Below are positions 6,744 to 15,675 of a stretch of 33,746 nt of DNA, in pieces (positions within the stretch are counted from its first letter, which is position 1; each line of letters starts with the position of its first letter). A program made the position numbers and the translations under genes. A model generated the notes under the pieces. The model did no database searches, was not told where the DNA came from, and worked only from the letters and a program-made list of their open reading frames with translations. This stretch comes from a virus: IMG/VR virus record IMGVR_UViG_3300001102_000004, positions 1 to 33,746 of that record; one strand, written 5' to 3'.

Positions 6744-7076
6744 TTAGTCTCCATAGTTACGGTGTTTTTTAGATGAGTAAAATTGTAAAATAGCTTGATT
6801 ACCTACGTCTACTCTGTTTAAGTATTTTTGTGTAGGGTTTTTTGGTTCAAAATAACCAAAATCGTTTAAGTACATTTGCTGATCGTCATACCTAGCTATA
6901 AAGTCGTCCGCCCATTTTTTAGCGTCCTCTATATTGTTAATATCTGTACTTGTACTGTTTGGCGATGAAGATGATACCACGCGTATTTTTTTTGCTTTGT
7001 GGTAGTCTGTTTCGCTATCTACTAATTCTTTTCTAGTTTTAAATTTTAGTAGCTTGTGTAATTGTGATGCTAACAT
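6744..7076 (-). CDS. Hypothetical protein, first gene downstream of the early promoter
   Basis: 110-aa ORF, 26 nt downstream of a perfect promoter. Confidence 0.65.
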   Translation of the reverse strand: MLASQLHKLLKFKTRKELVDSETDYHKAKKIRVVSSSSPNSTSTDINNIEDAKKWADDFIARYDDQQMYLNDFGYFEPKNPTQKYLNRVDVGNQAILQFYSSKKHRNYGD

Positions 7077-7102
7077 GATATAAGTTTTTCAGTTCGTCTA
7101 TA

Positions 7103-7133
7103 CAAACATAAACAAATATTTCGAATACACAAA
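7103..7133 (-). promoter_or_regulatory. Canonical Bacteroidota sigma-A promoter: TTTG-N19-TATGTTTG
   Basis: The minus strand reads TTTGtgtattcgaaatatttgttTATGTTTG. Both boxes are perfect, the spacer is 19 nt, and it lies in a 99-nt gap. Confidence 0.65.
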
Positions 7134-7175
7134 ATTTATTTTGATTATTTGAAACTTATTTCAATTATTAAGTAA

Positions 7176-7415
7176 TTAAACTGAAAAGCTTTTAATCTCA
7201 GAGCCTAATAATCCCCTGTGGTTTATTAAATTTTCTAGCTTTGTCTCCTGAGTTTTTAATGTTGATTTTAAAACTCTAATCTCTCCCAGGTCATTTATAA
7301 ACGTTTTGCTTTTAATGCTTAAATCCTGCTCCTTTTCTTTTATTCTAGCTCTTAAAACTATTATAGATGTTCTTAAATTTTCTTTTATTGTTGTTGTACT
7401 TTTATACATAGGCAT
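7176..7415 (-). CDS. Hypothetical coiled-coil protein (start moved to MPMYK)
   Basis: The track ORF extends to 7460, but its first 15 codons run through a terminator hairpin. Confidence 0.5.
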   Translation of the reverse strand: MPMYKSTTTIKENLRTSIIVLRARIKEKEQDLSIKSKTFINDLGEIRVLKSTLKTQETKLENLINHRGLLGSEIKSFSV

Positions 7416-7439
7416 AAAAAAAGGGGATAAAATACCCCC
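7416..7439 (-). terminator. Rho-independent terminator at the end of the lysis/late block
   Basis: The minus strand reads GGGGGtattttatCCCC followed by TTTTTTT. Confidence 0.6.
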
Positions 7440-7461
7440 TATTGTTAATTGAATCTCCATA

Positions 7462-7650
7462 TTATTTAGCTCTTTTTCTTTTCTCCTTGAATAGTTTAAT
7501 TAAAATCTTAACTACTTCCCAAAGTCCAGTCCAAAAATATCTACTATGTATAAACTTACCTGTGTTCTCTCCTCCAATTATATTGGATAAAGATTTTATT
7601 TTACCGTCTAACTGCTTATCGGTTAAATTATTTATTTCTTTTTTAGTCAT
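7462..7650 (-). CDS. Hypothetical small protein in the lysis cassette
   Basis: 62-aa ORF with a hydrophobic WTGLWEVVKILIKLF segment and a basic tail. Confidence 0.5.
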   Translation of the reverse strand: MTKKEINNLTDKQLDGKIKSLSNIIGGENTGKFIHSRYFWTGLWEVVKILIKLFKEKRKRAK

Positions 7651-7861
7651 TTCTTTGATCTGTTTTATCGTTATTTAAAACAAATTGACCACCTCCAGCA
7701 ACTTTATTAGGTACGGACCTATCTAAAACTATAGCTAAAAAATTTAGTATACTATGGCTTTTTAAAGTTGGTTTAACTCTTACTGCTAGCTCATATATGC
7801 TAAATAAAATAATTATTATTAAATCCCAGTTACTAGATAAAAATTTAACTATGTTCTCCAT
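7643..7861 (-). CDS. Holin-like small membrane protein
   Basis: 72 aa with two hydrophobic stretches (LIIIILFSIYELAV and ILNFLAIVL). It lies immediately downstream of the endolysin gene. Confidence 0.5.
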   Translation of the reverse strand: MENIVKFLSSNWDLIIIILFSIYELAVRVKPTLKSHSILNFLAIVLDRSVPNKVAGGGQFVLNNDKTDQRND

Positions 7862-8334
7862 GTTAAAAGGTTTTTGATTTTATCAAATATAACAAATTTA
7901 AAATTATATTTAGTAGAGTTATCCCATTTAACAAAATATCCTCTGCTGTCATAATGAACAAATGTATTATATAAACCTAAACCTCCTTTATCTATTACCC
8001 CTATATCTATTAAAAATTTAATGTCTGCAGCTAATTGTTTCGTGGTAATAACAGATTGTTTTAAATCTGTTGCTACAGCTCTTTTATGGTAGCTGCCCTT
8101 TGCTGTTTTATATCCCCTAGACGGCAAAACTACATCGTTGTAATTTGCAGTCCTGTAGCCGCTAGATATTCTTATAGATATTTGTTTACCGTATTTATTA
8201 CTTATAAAGTCTCTAATAACTTGTAAGTTATGTAGGTGTCTTAATGCTTGTGGCTTTAATTTTTCAGGTACAGGAGTCCTGTTTTTATCGTTGCAAGCCA
8301 TTTCATAAAGCTTAAAGTTTTTTTCGCCTCCCAT
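7849..8334 (-). CDS. Endolysin, peptidase M15-type (zinc D-Ala-D-Ala carboxypeptidase fold)
   Basis: SGYRTANYN ... SYHKRAVATD ... GGLGLYNTFVHYD matches the SxHxxGxAxD / H-x-D zinc-ligand pattern. Confidence 0.7.
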   Translation of the reverse strand: MGGEKNFKLYEMACNDKNRTPVPEKLKPQALRHLHNLQVIRDFISNKYGKQISIRISSGYRTANYNDVVLPSRGYKTAKGSYHKRAVATDLKQSVITTKQLAADIKFLIDIGVIDKGGLGLYNTFVHYDSRGYFVKWDNSTKYNFKFVIFDKIKNLLTWRT

Positions 8335-9182
8335 TATTTAGATGTGTTACAGTTTATTTTTCTATTAGATCGGTCTGCCTCTTCGAAATTAAGCAGCCAA
8401 AACTTCTTTTTACTATTAAAAAAGCTAGACAATTCAGCTGCAGTTATATTTAAAAAGGGTTTTATTTCGCAGCTTAAAACGTCTGCTGTTAACTTAATCC
8501 TGTCAGCATGGGCCAAAAGGTTTTTAATTTCCTCGTTAATATCATTGTCTTTTATCTGCAGCTCATAGTTACAAATAACCTCCGAGCTTTGTTTAGTTAG
8601 TTTTAAATTTTTGTTTAAATAAAATTCATTATTTATAGTAGGTGTAACCTCTCTAGTTATACCGTCAACCCTAAAACTGTAATAGTCATTACAGAAAAAA
8701 GCACCGTTTTTTAATTCTCCGTCTATCCAAAACTCTATTTTAACTGTGCCCTGCGCTAAACATTCATCGAAAAAACAAGCGTTAAAGAAAATACTTTTTT
8801 CGTTTTCTACTCCTAATACTTTTGTGCATATTTTAACCTCGTAAGGCCCCTCTCCTAGATCATTAATTATATTATTCCAGTTTATGCAGTAGTAATACCT
8901 TAAACCGTCTATTTTTATAGTCGAATAATTAGAGCCGTCTAAAATTGTTTCAGCTCCATTTTTTATTAACTTAACATCTATCGTGTCCGCTTCAATTTGT
9001 TTGTATACGGTAAAACAGTACTCATCATTGCTAAATACTTTTTGGTAAAAGTCACAGCATGTAAAGCAGTCTAAGCATTTAGCCTCCTCCTGGTTAGGTT
9101 TGCATACAACGCTAACACATTTAGAAGTTAAAGCGTAACCTTTATTATAGGTCTCGTTTGTTTCTAAAAACTCCTTAATCAA
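8334..9182 (-). CDS. Hypothetical cysteine-rich protein in the tail/baseplate-distal region
   Basis: 282-aa ORF with a TAATG junction to the endolysin gene. It contains a CLDCFTCC cluster. Confidence 0.65.
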   Translation of the reverse strand: MIKEFLETNETYNKGYALTSKCVSVVCKPNQEEAKCLDCFTCCDFYQKVFSNDEYCFTVYKQIEADTIDVKLIKNGAETILDGSNYSTIKIDGLRYYYCINWNNIINDLGEGPYEVKICTKVLGVENEKSIFFNACFFDECLAQGTVKIEFWIDGELKNGAFFCNDYYSFRVDGITREVTPTINNEFYLNKNLKLTKQSSEVICNYELQIKDNDINEEIKNLLAHADRIKLTADVLSCEIKPFLNITAAELSSFFNSKKKFWLLNFEEADRSNRKINCNTSK

Positions 9183-9408
9183 TTTTATCGTTTTTTTCTA
9201 AATATAAATTAAGTTCCTGTAGGGCTTTGTCTTGCTGTATATTTAATCTGTCAAAATCTTTAGCTATCTCTTTAATTTCTTCCTGTATTGTTCTCATTTC
9301 TTCTATTTGATAATTTAACTTATCATTAAAAGAATCTTTTTTAATGTAGTCGTGTTTAGTCCTAAAGGATAAAAACAACAAAGAGGATAGTATAACTATT
9401 TTTTTCAT
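9175..9408 (-). CDS. Small protein with an N-terminal signal-like segment and a coiled-coil
   Basis: Starts MKKIVILSSLLFLSF and continues with a heptad-like sequence. Confidence 0.55.
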   Translation of the reverse strand: MKKIVILSSLLFLSFRTKHDYIKKDSFNDKLNYQIEEMRTIQEEIKEIAKDFDRLNIQQDKALQELNLYLEKNDKID

Positions 9409-9764
9409 TATTCAGTTTTTAACTTTTCTATTACAGTTTGTAAATATTGCTGCTTTTCTATTGAGGAATTTCTTTTTTTTCTTATTTCCTCCAGGTCCTT
9501 TTTAATGCCGTTGTTGTTTTCTTTTATTTGTTTAATAACATCCGTATAAATTCCTGTTATCTGCGTCCTGTTTTCTCTACTTAAATTAAAGTAATCCTGC
9601 CTAAGTTCCATTAATTCCGTTCTGCAATCTCTATACTTTTCATCTTCCGATTTTTCGTTAGATTTATAAAGATAAATTACAGCACTAGATAGCGAGCCTA
9701 TACCTATTATTAATAAGGCTAGGCTCAATTTTCTAGGGGTTAAATTTATTAGATTATTCCACAT
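9408..9764 (-). CDS. Type-II membrane coiled-coil protein (i-spanin-like topology)
   Basis: The N-terminal TM segment LSLALLIIGIGSLSSAVIYLY is followed by a long coiled-coil. Confidence 0.5.
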   Translation of the reverse strand: MWNNLINLTPRKLSLALLIIGIGSLSSAVIYLYKSNEKSEDEKYRDCRTELMELRQDYFNLSRENRTQITGIYTDVIKQIKENNNGIKKDLEEIRKKRNSSIEKQQYLQTVIEKLKTE

Positions 9765-9983
9765 TTACAAAACTTCATAATCTCCGTCGTTAACTATAAA
9801 ACCTTTAAGTATTTTAGTTAACTCCTTTGAGTTTGTTACTTTTTTAACTTTTAATGTCAAGTTGTATTTAGCAAAAAAATGTTTAAAGCTTTTAATTTTA
9901 ACTTTAACCTCTGTTTTTGATAAAACACCCTCTTTAGTTTCTTCTATAATAAGGGTGCTCCTGTTTTTTAAGTATTTTTTCAT
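9765..9983 (-). CDS. Hypothetical small protein (ATG at 9983 inside a TAATG junction)
   Basis: The track starts at a TTG at 9989. An ATG two codons downstream overlaps the upstream stop. Confidence 0.55.
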   Translation of the reverse strand: MKKYLKNRSTLIIEETKEGVLSKTEVKVKIKSFKHFFAKYNLTLKVKKVTNSKELTKILKGFIVNDGDYEVL

Positions 9984-11839
9984 TACCAAATATAATTTAA
10001 TTCTACATCAAACTCGAAATATTTTTGGCTAGGGGATGAAACTAAATTTACAGTTTCAAACCTAACTCTTTTCCTAACACCAATAGTGTCAAGAGGTACA
10101 CTTTCCCATTCTACGTTACCGTCAGATTGTACAAAAGTATTATTTAATAAAACACCATCTACATAAACATCAACGTCAGGCATTTCAGAGTTTGCCGTAT
10201 CTATAAAGTGTGCTCCCCTTAAAATAAAATCCTGAAAAGCTATAGACGGTAAATTATCCTCGCTAAATGGCTGCATTGTGTCGTATATCTCTCCGTTTCC
10301 TAACTTTCTGTTGTTTACAAAATAAGTACCTAGCGAGCTATTAGCTGAATCTATACACATGTTAGACTCTGCGCTCATTTGGTTGTCAAAATCAGCGTTA
10401 AACGTATATTCGCTGCCTGTGTTTAAAGCACCTGATACAAATGTTTGCTGGTAATCTCCCCATGTATTATTAAAATCGTTTGGTATAACTCCGTTACTTA
10501 TTAAAGTTCCGTTTTCTCTAACCTCAAATAATGTAGTTTCATTGTATTTAAACTCTTCCTGTCCTCCGTCATAAACGTTGTATAAGTCTAAACCTATAGC
10601 TGCTGTGTTTATGTCTCCAAAAATATTAGCTTCAATTTGATTTACAGCCCTCATAAACGAAGCGTCGTTATCAGGGTTTACATTTTGTAATCCGCTATTT
10701 GAGCTTGTAGCGCATATAATAAGCTGTACTATTGTAGCTGCAGAATCCCAAGAGGAACCGTTAAAGCTACCATCGCTATAAGTTCTATTATTATCTGTGG
10801 CCCAGCTAGGTTTATTAAAGTTAATAAAACCTCCGTCTGTAATAGTTCCACTCATATATGAAGTAAATGAAGTATTTAAAGAGGCGTCTAAACTAGAGCT
10901 TGAAAAATTACTAATATCATCGCCTACTACACCTGTTAAAACTTCTAACAAAGTAATACTTGTAGCGTCATATATTTTAAATTCTACAGTATCTCCGTTT
11001 TGCAACGGTGTTGCGTCGTCACTCTCCCTTAAATCTACTGACATTTGCAAAGGACCATTTATAAAGTCTCCTCCCTGGTCAAATATTCTAGCTATAGGGT
11101 TTGTAAAAATAACACCTCCTGTAGTTGTTTTGTTTATAACTGGACTTTGTGCCGACTCGTTACCCGAGGTGTCAACTGCGCTAACAGATATGTCGTAAGA
11201 CTGTCCAGGGTTTAAACCTGTTATAGTCGTCGTATTGCTAGGCTCGAAAACCTGAGTAAATAAAACTCCGTCTAAATAAACATTATAGTAGTCTACTTGC
11301 ACGTCGTCTGTTGAATTATCAAACTGTATAGATATGCTATTGTCGTCGCATGCAGTAGGTATTAAATTCAAAGGTACGCTAGGAGCTGTTACGTCTCCTC
11401 CTGTTGAACTTGAAAAACAAACCTCTTGCTCTCCTGCTATGTTTTCTCCGCATCTAGGGTGTACTACTCTAATACACATTTTTAAATCTGAAAACCCTGG
11501 GTTTTGAGCTAACCAATTATTTTGGTCAAAAAATACACTATCTCCTGCTGTTGCGGTTCCTGTTAAATATGCAGCATTATCTATATACCATTGGTCTAAA
11601 CCTCCTGGGTAGTTTGTTTCCGTAGGCCTGTTAATGTCGTCTCCAATATCGTATCTATTAGTAAATATATTGTCTCCGTTAGAATCCTTTAGACTAAGGA
11701 AAAAATGCCCCTCTGTTATTGGGTCTCCTGCTGCATCTAGTAAGCCTAGCTGCACGTTATAAGTTCCGTCTGAGTTGTCTATTAAAACTGTTTCGCATGT
11801 CGGCCTGCCGTTTAAGCAAACGCAAATATTTTCTGCCAT
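9983..11839 (-). CDS. Tail fibre / receptor-binding protein with a fibronectin type III domain
   Basis: 618 aa. The FN3-like segment APSVPLNL...YNVYLDG...LNPGQSYDISVSAVDTSGNES maps to about 11123-11386. The gene has its own promoter-like element. Confidence 0.7.
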   Translation of the reverse strand: MAENICVCLNGRPTCETVLIDNSDGTYNVQLGLLDAAGDPITEGHFFLSLKDSNGDNIFTNRYDIGDDINRPTETNYPGGLDQWYIDNAAYLTGTATAGDSVFFDQNNWLAQNPGFSDLKMCIRVVHPRCGENIAGEQEVCFSSSTGGDVTAPSVPLNLIPTACDDNSISIQFDNSTDDVQVDYYNVYLDGVLFTQVFEPSNTTTITGLNPGQSYDISVSAVDTSGNESAQSPVINKTTTGGVIFTNPIARIFDQGGDFINGPLQMSVDLRESDDATPLQNGDTVEFKIYDATSITLLEVLTGVVGDDISNFSSSSLDASLNTSFTSYMSGTITDGGFINFNKPSWATDNNRTYSDGSFNGSSWDSAATIVQLIICATSSNSGLQNVNPDNDASFMRAVNQIEANIFGDINTAAIGLDLYNVYDGGQEEFKYNETTLFEVRENGTLISNGVIPNDFNNTWGDYQQTFVSGALNTGSEYTFNADFDNQMSAESNMCIDSANSSLGTYFVNNRKLGNGEIYDTMQPFSEDNLPSIAFQDFILRGAHFIDTANSEMPDVDVYVDGVLLNNTFVQSDGNVEWESVPLDTIGVRKRVRFETVNLVSSPSQKYFEFDVELNYIW

Positions 11840-11870
11840 TTATTTAAAAATTATAAAATTGTTACTATTA

Positions 11871-11897
11871 CAAATTTAAGCTATTATTTAATACAAA
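11871..11897 (-). promoter_or_regulatory. Promoter-like element, N15 class: TTTG-N15-TAAATTTG, then TAATAGTAA, 31 nt before the ATG
   Basis: Its 18-nt core TTAAATTTGTAATAGTAA (11862-11879) is identical to 22612-22629. Confidence 0.55.
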
Positions 11898-14800
11898 TTA
11901 TGGAACAAACAAAGTACACTCCCCAAAATCATTACTGCATTCGTTTATAGCTGTTAATTTTAACGTTAAAGACGTTTGAAAGTCTGGAAAGTCATTTATT
12001 AAATTAATAAAATCTATAGTTATAACTCCTCCCGTAGTGTTTAGCGGTGTTGTTGTTATTCCAAAATAAGGCTGTAAATCAGTCCAAGTATAAGATACAC
12101 CAGGTAAGTCTGTTCCTGGTACGGTTACTGGGTTAGCTCCCGAATTAAAATTAGATCCAAATACTATAACTCCTAAATCATCTAAAACCTCTATGTTGTA
12201 GTTTGTCGGAGTGTCTCCTAAATTACCCCAGTTAAAATCAGCGAAATTAGGGCCTTGTCCGCTAGCTACACATCCAGTAGATAACTCTACCTCTTCACAT
12301 ACGTTTCCTATCTCCAAATCTCCACAGTCAGTATTTAAACATATAGATAAATAAGATGTGTTTAAAGCTGTTAAAAAACCTCCAGGAAATTTAGCACTTA
12401 AAGCTGGGTCGTTGTTTATACCTGTAACATCAAAAACTAATTTACCAAAAAAGGAGATATTAGTAGTTAATTCATTAATATAAGGTTGTATATCTGACCA
12501 TAAACATAATGCTCCTGGGTTCTGACTTGCTGGGTTTTCTAAAACAGGGTTTTGCCATTTATTAAAAGTTGCATCTATAACTAAATCTCCTACGCTGTTT
12601 TTTATTTTAAATCTCAAAGGCTCATCTATAACCTGGTTAAAAGAGTAGCATTGAGAATAACCTTGGTTAGAATTACTTAAAGTTAAAACCTCGTTAATTA
12701 AACCGCCCTCAGGTGTAGTACATTCTGAAAAACCTAAATCTAAATACGAACATTCGTTACCGTAGTGCAATAAAGCTACAGAATTTACTAAAGGCTGTGT
12801 GAAAAATTCGCCTTGAAATTTAGGGCCTAAAACAGGGTCGTTGTTTATACCGTCTCTGTCAAATAATATAATTCCACTCGGCCCAACTAAAGTGGTTGTA
12901 GGTGTTATAATAAAGGGTTGTAAGTCTGACCATTGACAAAGCGCGTTAGGGTTTTCTGATACTGGGTTGTCGTTTTTCGGGTCGTCTCCAATATTAAAAA
13001 AAGCATTAAAAACTAACTCCTGGTTAGAGTTTACAAAGCTAAATCCTATAGGGTTTTCTACATTATTTAAGTTGTAAACTAAATCTATTGTAGGTGATAC
13101 AATGGAGTCTAAATTAAAGTTAAAATTTCCTGTTACTGGCACACAAGCTATCTCTCCTTTTTTAGTTCCTAGCCTCGCACTTATTTTATACTCGTTTGGC
13201 TTACTTATATTTGATCCGTTTATAACAGTTTCTAAACAAAAAACTCCTGGCGACGGGTTAGTTAAAACTGAATTACTTTTGAATATATTTAAAATGTTTT
13301 CTTTTTTGCTGCTGTTTTCTTCTATTGTTGTTTTTCCTATTGAGTTTTTAGGCTCTACTCTAAACATTCCCCAAACATCGTTAATAGTAGCCTGGCTATT
13401 TAAGTTTGTAAAAGTTACTTTTATATTAGTGTCCTCTCCGTCAAATAAAACACCGTCAACAATTAAACCATCATTGTCAGTTATAACATATTCTTTAGTC
13501 CATTCCTCCGAATCTTCATATCCGCAAACGTTAAACTCAGGACTATAAAAACTGTAAGGTGTAACTATACCGTCTGCGTCTGAAATTTCAAAACATATAA
13601 CAGTCCTTATACCATATCCGTTTTTTAAGTTATAGTTAGATACATCCTGGTTTAATCCGTTGTTTGGTTCGTTGTTGTCATAAAAAACCGTGTTAGCTCC
13701 TGGTAAAGCGTTCCATTCCTGCCAACATAACTGTATAGGAGTACATAAAGTATATCCAAATAAACTACGCTCTCCTGTAAATCCATTTGTAGTTAAAATG
13801 TTATTGTTAAAACTATCTGACGATGGTATTAACAAAGACTCAGAAAAATTAACCTCTAATTGTTGAGTGTTAAGTCCATTTTCAGGCACTATAGTTTGAC
13901 CTGTCAATGGAATATTTTTAGTTGTAAAAACAAACTCGTCTCCTGTGTTAGGGTTGTAAGCTAATGTTTTAACCTGTATACTTTCTATTAACGCTCCTTT
14001 TTCTAGGTCCAAACAAAAATCCGTACATTTTAAAATATTATCCTCTATAAAACCTGAATATGTATCACACCCATCACCCTCTAAGTCGTCGCAATGTCCG
14101 TAAAACTTCATTTTTTTAACCTGTATTAAACCAGGTACACAAGCATCATAAATAAAGCTTTTAACATCTGCTAAAATCATTGTTTTATCACTTGTGGCTG
14201 TAGGACCTCCATTTGAAACGTCAAAAGCTAACATATAGCAATCATCGCCATTTATATTTTTTGGAAAGTTTACATTAATGCATATCTCTAATGTCTCATT
14301 GTCAATAAGATTGTAACTATAGTTGTTAAAAACTCCATTTTCTCCAGTAGTGGATGAGCTGCCTATATCCTCTATGCCGCAATCATAACAAAAATTTTCA
14401 TTAAAACAAGTAGTAGTGTTGCTGTATTCGTCTACAGTAGGCAACAAAGATATGTAGGCTCCAAATGATGCCCCAGCACTAAAGCTACCTGACGCGCTTT
14501 TTATTATAGCTCTAACCTTTGTATCCTCGTTAGCTAATAAGCATTCTACCTGGTCTCCTACTTCATTTAAATACTCTATAGTTTCTACAGAATACTCTGT
14601 GGTATTGTTTAAAGATTGATTAAACCAAACTACATTGCCTTGTTGGCTTACATGTTCGCATATTTTAGCGCAATTAGGGTCCGTTAGTTTATTTCTAAAC
14701 TCCGCACTAAACACATAATTTATAGAGTTTGTTCCGTTAAACAAGTCAGGAGGTATTCCCATTTGTAAATTTTCTTTTTCTCCGTCCTGATAGTAAGGTG

Positions 14801-15461
14801 TTACGGTAAACTCGTGGCATATTTTAAAATTCTGTATCTCCCCTTTAGAACCTCCAGTTTGCAGTTTCTCTACTGTTGTTTTTCCAGTTTGCCAACTACA
14901 AATAGGTCCAACCTTGTTTAGTGTTATTTCCCCTCCAGCCTGCACTCCCGATGTTGAGTATGCTTGCTCGTTTCCGTCAATCCAAAAATAGTTAGATGGT
15001 GCCCCATTTTCTATTAATCCGAATTTGTATACTAATCCGTCTAGTGGTGTAGTTCCTATTATTTTTAAAAAAGAAGTGTCTTTATAACTTCCGCTAGGAA
15101 CTATAACGTTATCTACTACTGCGTCAATAACCATGTTTTCAGAATTTACAGAGCTAACTGTATATGGTCCTGTTACACCTGAGTTTGTTTGTAAGCAAAC
15201 CTCGTCACCTATACAAAAATCGTCGTCTAAAAAGCTCCCAAAATTCCTACTTATAAAAGTTTTACCTGCGTTTACATTTACAGTAAAACATAAAGTAGAT
15301 GTACTTATAGAATCCCAAAAAATAGCTACTTCAAACTCAGCCTTTACCCTGTTCATAGGTGACGCTAATATATGGCTATTAAAGTCTGTTAAATTTTCTG
15401 TAAAATCTTTACCGTTTATATGGTCCAGGTAAAATTTACTGCTCGTTATTATACAACTCAT
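11898..15461 (-). CDS. Large tail fibre / host-specificity protein
   Basis: 1187-aa ORF downstream of the tape measure and the 562-aa tail protein. It is cysteine-rich and has three tandem C-terminal domain repeats. Confidence 0.7.
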   Translation of the reverse strand: MSCIITSSKFYLDHINGKDFTENLTDFNSHILASPMNRVKAEFEVAIFWDSISTSTLCFTVNVNAGKTFISRNFGSFLDDDFCIGDEVCLQTNSGVTGPYTVSSVNSENMVIDAVVDNVIVPSGSYKDTSFLKIIGTTPLDGLVYKFGLIENGAPSNYFWIDGNEQAYSTSGVQAGGEITLNKVGPICSWQTGKTTVEKLQTGGSKGEIQNFKICHEFTVTPYYQDGEKENLQMGIPPDLFNGTNSINYVFSAEFRNKLTDPNCAKICEHVSQQGNVVWFNQSLNNTTEYSVETIEYLNEVGDQVECLLANEDTKVRAIIKSASGSFSAGASFGAYISLLPTVDEYSNTTTCFNENFCYDCGIEDIGSSSTTGENGVFNNYSYNLIDNETLEICINVNFPKNINGDDCYMLAFDVSNGGPTATSDKTMILADVKSFIYDACVPGLIQVKKMKFYGHCDDLEGDGCDTYSGFIEDNILKCTDFCLDLEKGALIESIQVKTLAYNPNTGDEFVFTTKNIPLTGQTIVPENGLNTQQLEVNFSESLLIPSSDSFNNNILTTNGFTGERSLFGYTLCTPIQLCWQEWNALPGANTVFYDNNEPNNGLNQDVSNYNLKNGYGIRTVICFEISDADGIVTPYSFYSPEFNVCGYEDSEEWTKEYVITDNDGLIVDGVLFDGEDTNIKVTFTNLNSQATINDVWGMFRVEPKNSIGKTTIEENSSKKENILNIFKSNSVLTNPSPGVFCLETVINGSNISKPNEYKISARLGTKKGEIACVPVTGNFNFNLDSIVSPTIDLVYNLNNVENPIGFSFVNSNQELVFNAFFNIGDDPKNDNPVSENPNALCQWSDLQPFIITPTTTLVGPSGIILFDRDGINNDPVLGPKFQGEFFTQPLVNSVALLHYGNECSYLDLGFSECTTPEGGLINEVLTLSNSNQGYSQCYSFNQVIDEPLRFKIKNSVGDLVIDATFNKWQNPVLENPASQNPGALCLWSDIQPYINELTTNISFFGKLVFDVTGINNDPALSAKFPGGFLTALNTSYLSICLNTDCGDLEIGNVCEEVELSTGCVASGQGPNFADFNWGNLGDTPTNYNIEVLDDLGVIVFGSNFNSGANPVTVPGTDLPGVSYTWTDLQPYFGITTTPLNTTGGVITIDFINLINDFPDFQTSLTLKLTAINECSNDFGECTLFVP
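11901..13073 (-). repeat. Three tandem, diverged domain repeats of roughly 110-145 aa at the fibre C-terminus
   Basis: Recurring blocks NP..ENP...ALC.WSD(L/I)QP(F/Y)I and GINNDP. At the DNA level gggtcgttgtttatacc occurs twice, near 12408 and near 12836. Confidence 0.7.
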
Positions 15462-15675
15462 CGTCTATAATTTTTGTTAGGTCCTTTAATTTATTTGTTG
15501 CCTTGGTTATTCCTGATATTTTATTGTTCTGTACAGCTTTGTTTATGTCCTTAAATATATCTAAAACCATTTCCTGTTTATCCTCTGTTAAACTTTGTGC
15601 CGCTTTCATTGCGTGATCCGTAGCCTCTTTACCTATTCCTGATAAACTACTAAGTAATTTTTTTAAATCCGTCAT
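15436..15675 (-). CDS. Hypothetical small helical protein
   Basis: 79-aa ORF with an ATGA-type junction upstream. Confidence 0.6.
   Translation of the reverse strand: MTDLKKLLSSLSGIGKEATDHAMKAAQSLTEDKQEMVLDIFKDINKAVQNNKISGITKATNKLKDLTKIIDDELYNNEQ

Noticed and set aside
7416-7460. N-terminal extensions of track ORFs (7176-7460, 21146-21652, 33231-33587)
   Set aside because: For 7176-7460 and 21146-21652 the extra codons run through GC-clamp terminator hairpins and their T-tracts. For 33231-33587 they abut the terminator T-tract and cover the -7 box. In each case a downstream ATG gives a cleaner gene boundary.
7893-7900. A TAAATTTG box inside the endolysin 3' end, 32 nt upstream of the holin-like gene
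   Set aside because: It lacks the TTTG at N15 and the flanking conservation seen in the element family. Isolated TAnnTTTG octamers are expected many times by chance at this base composition.
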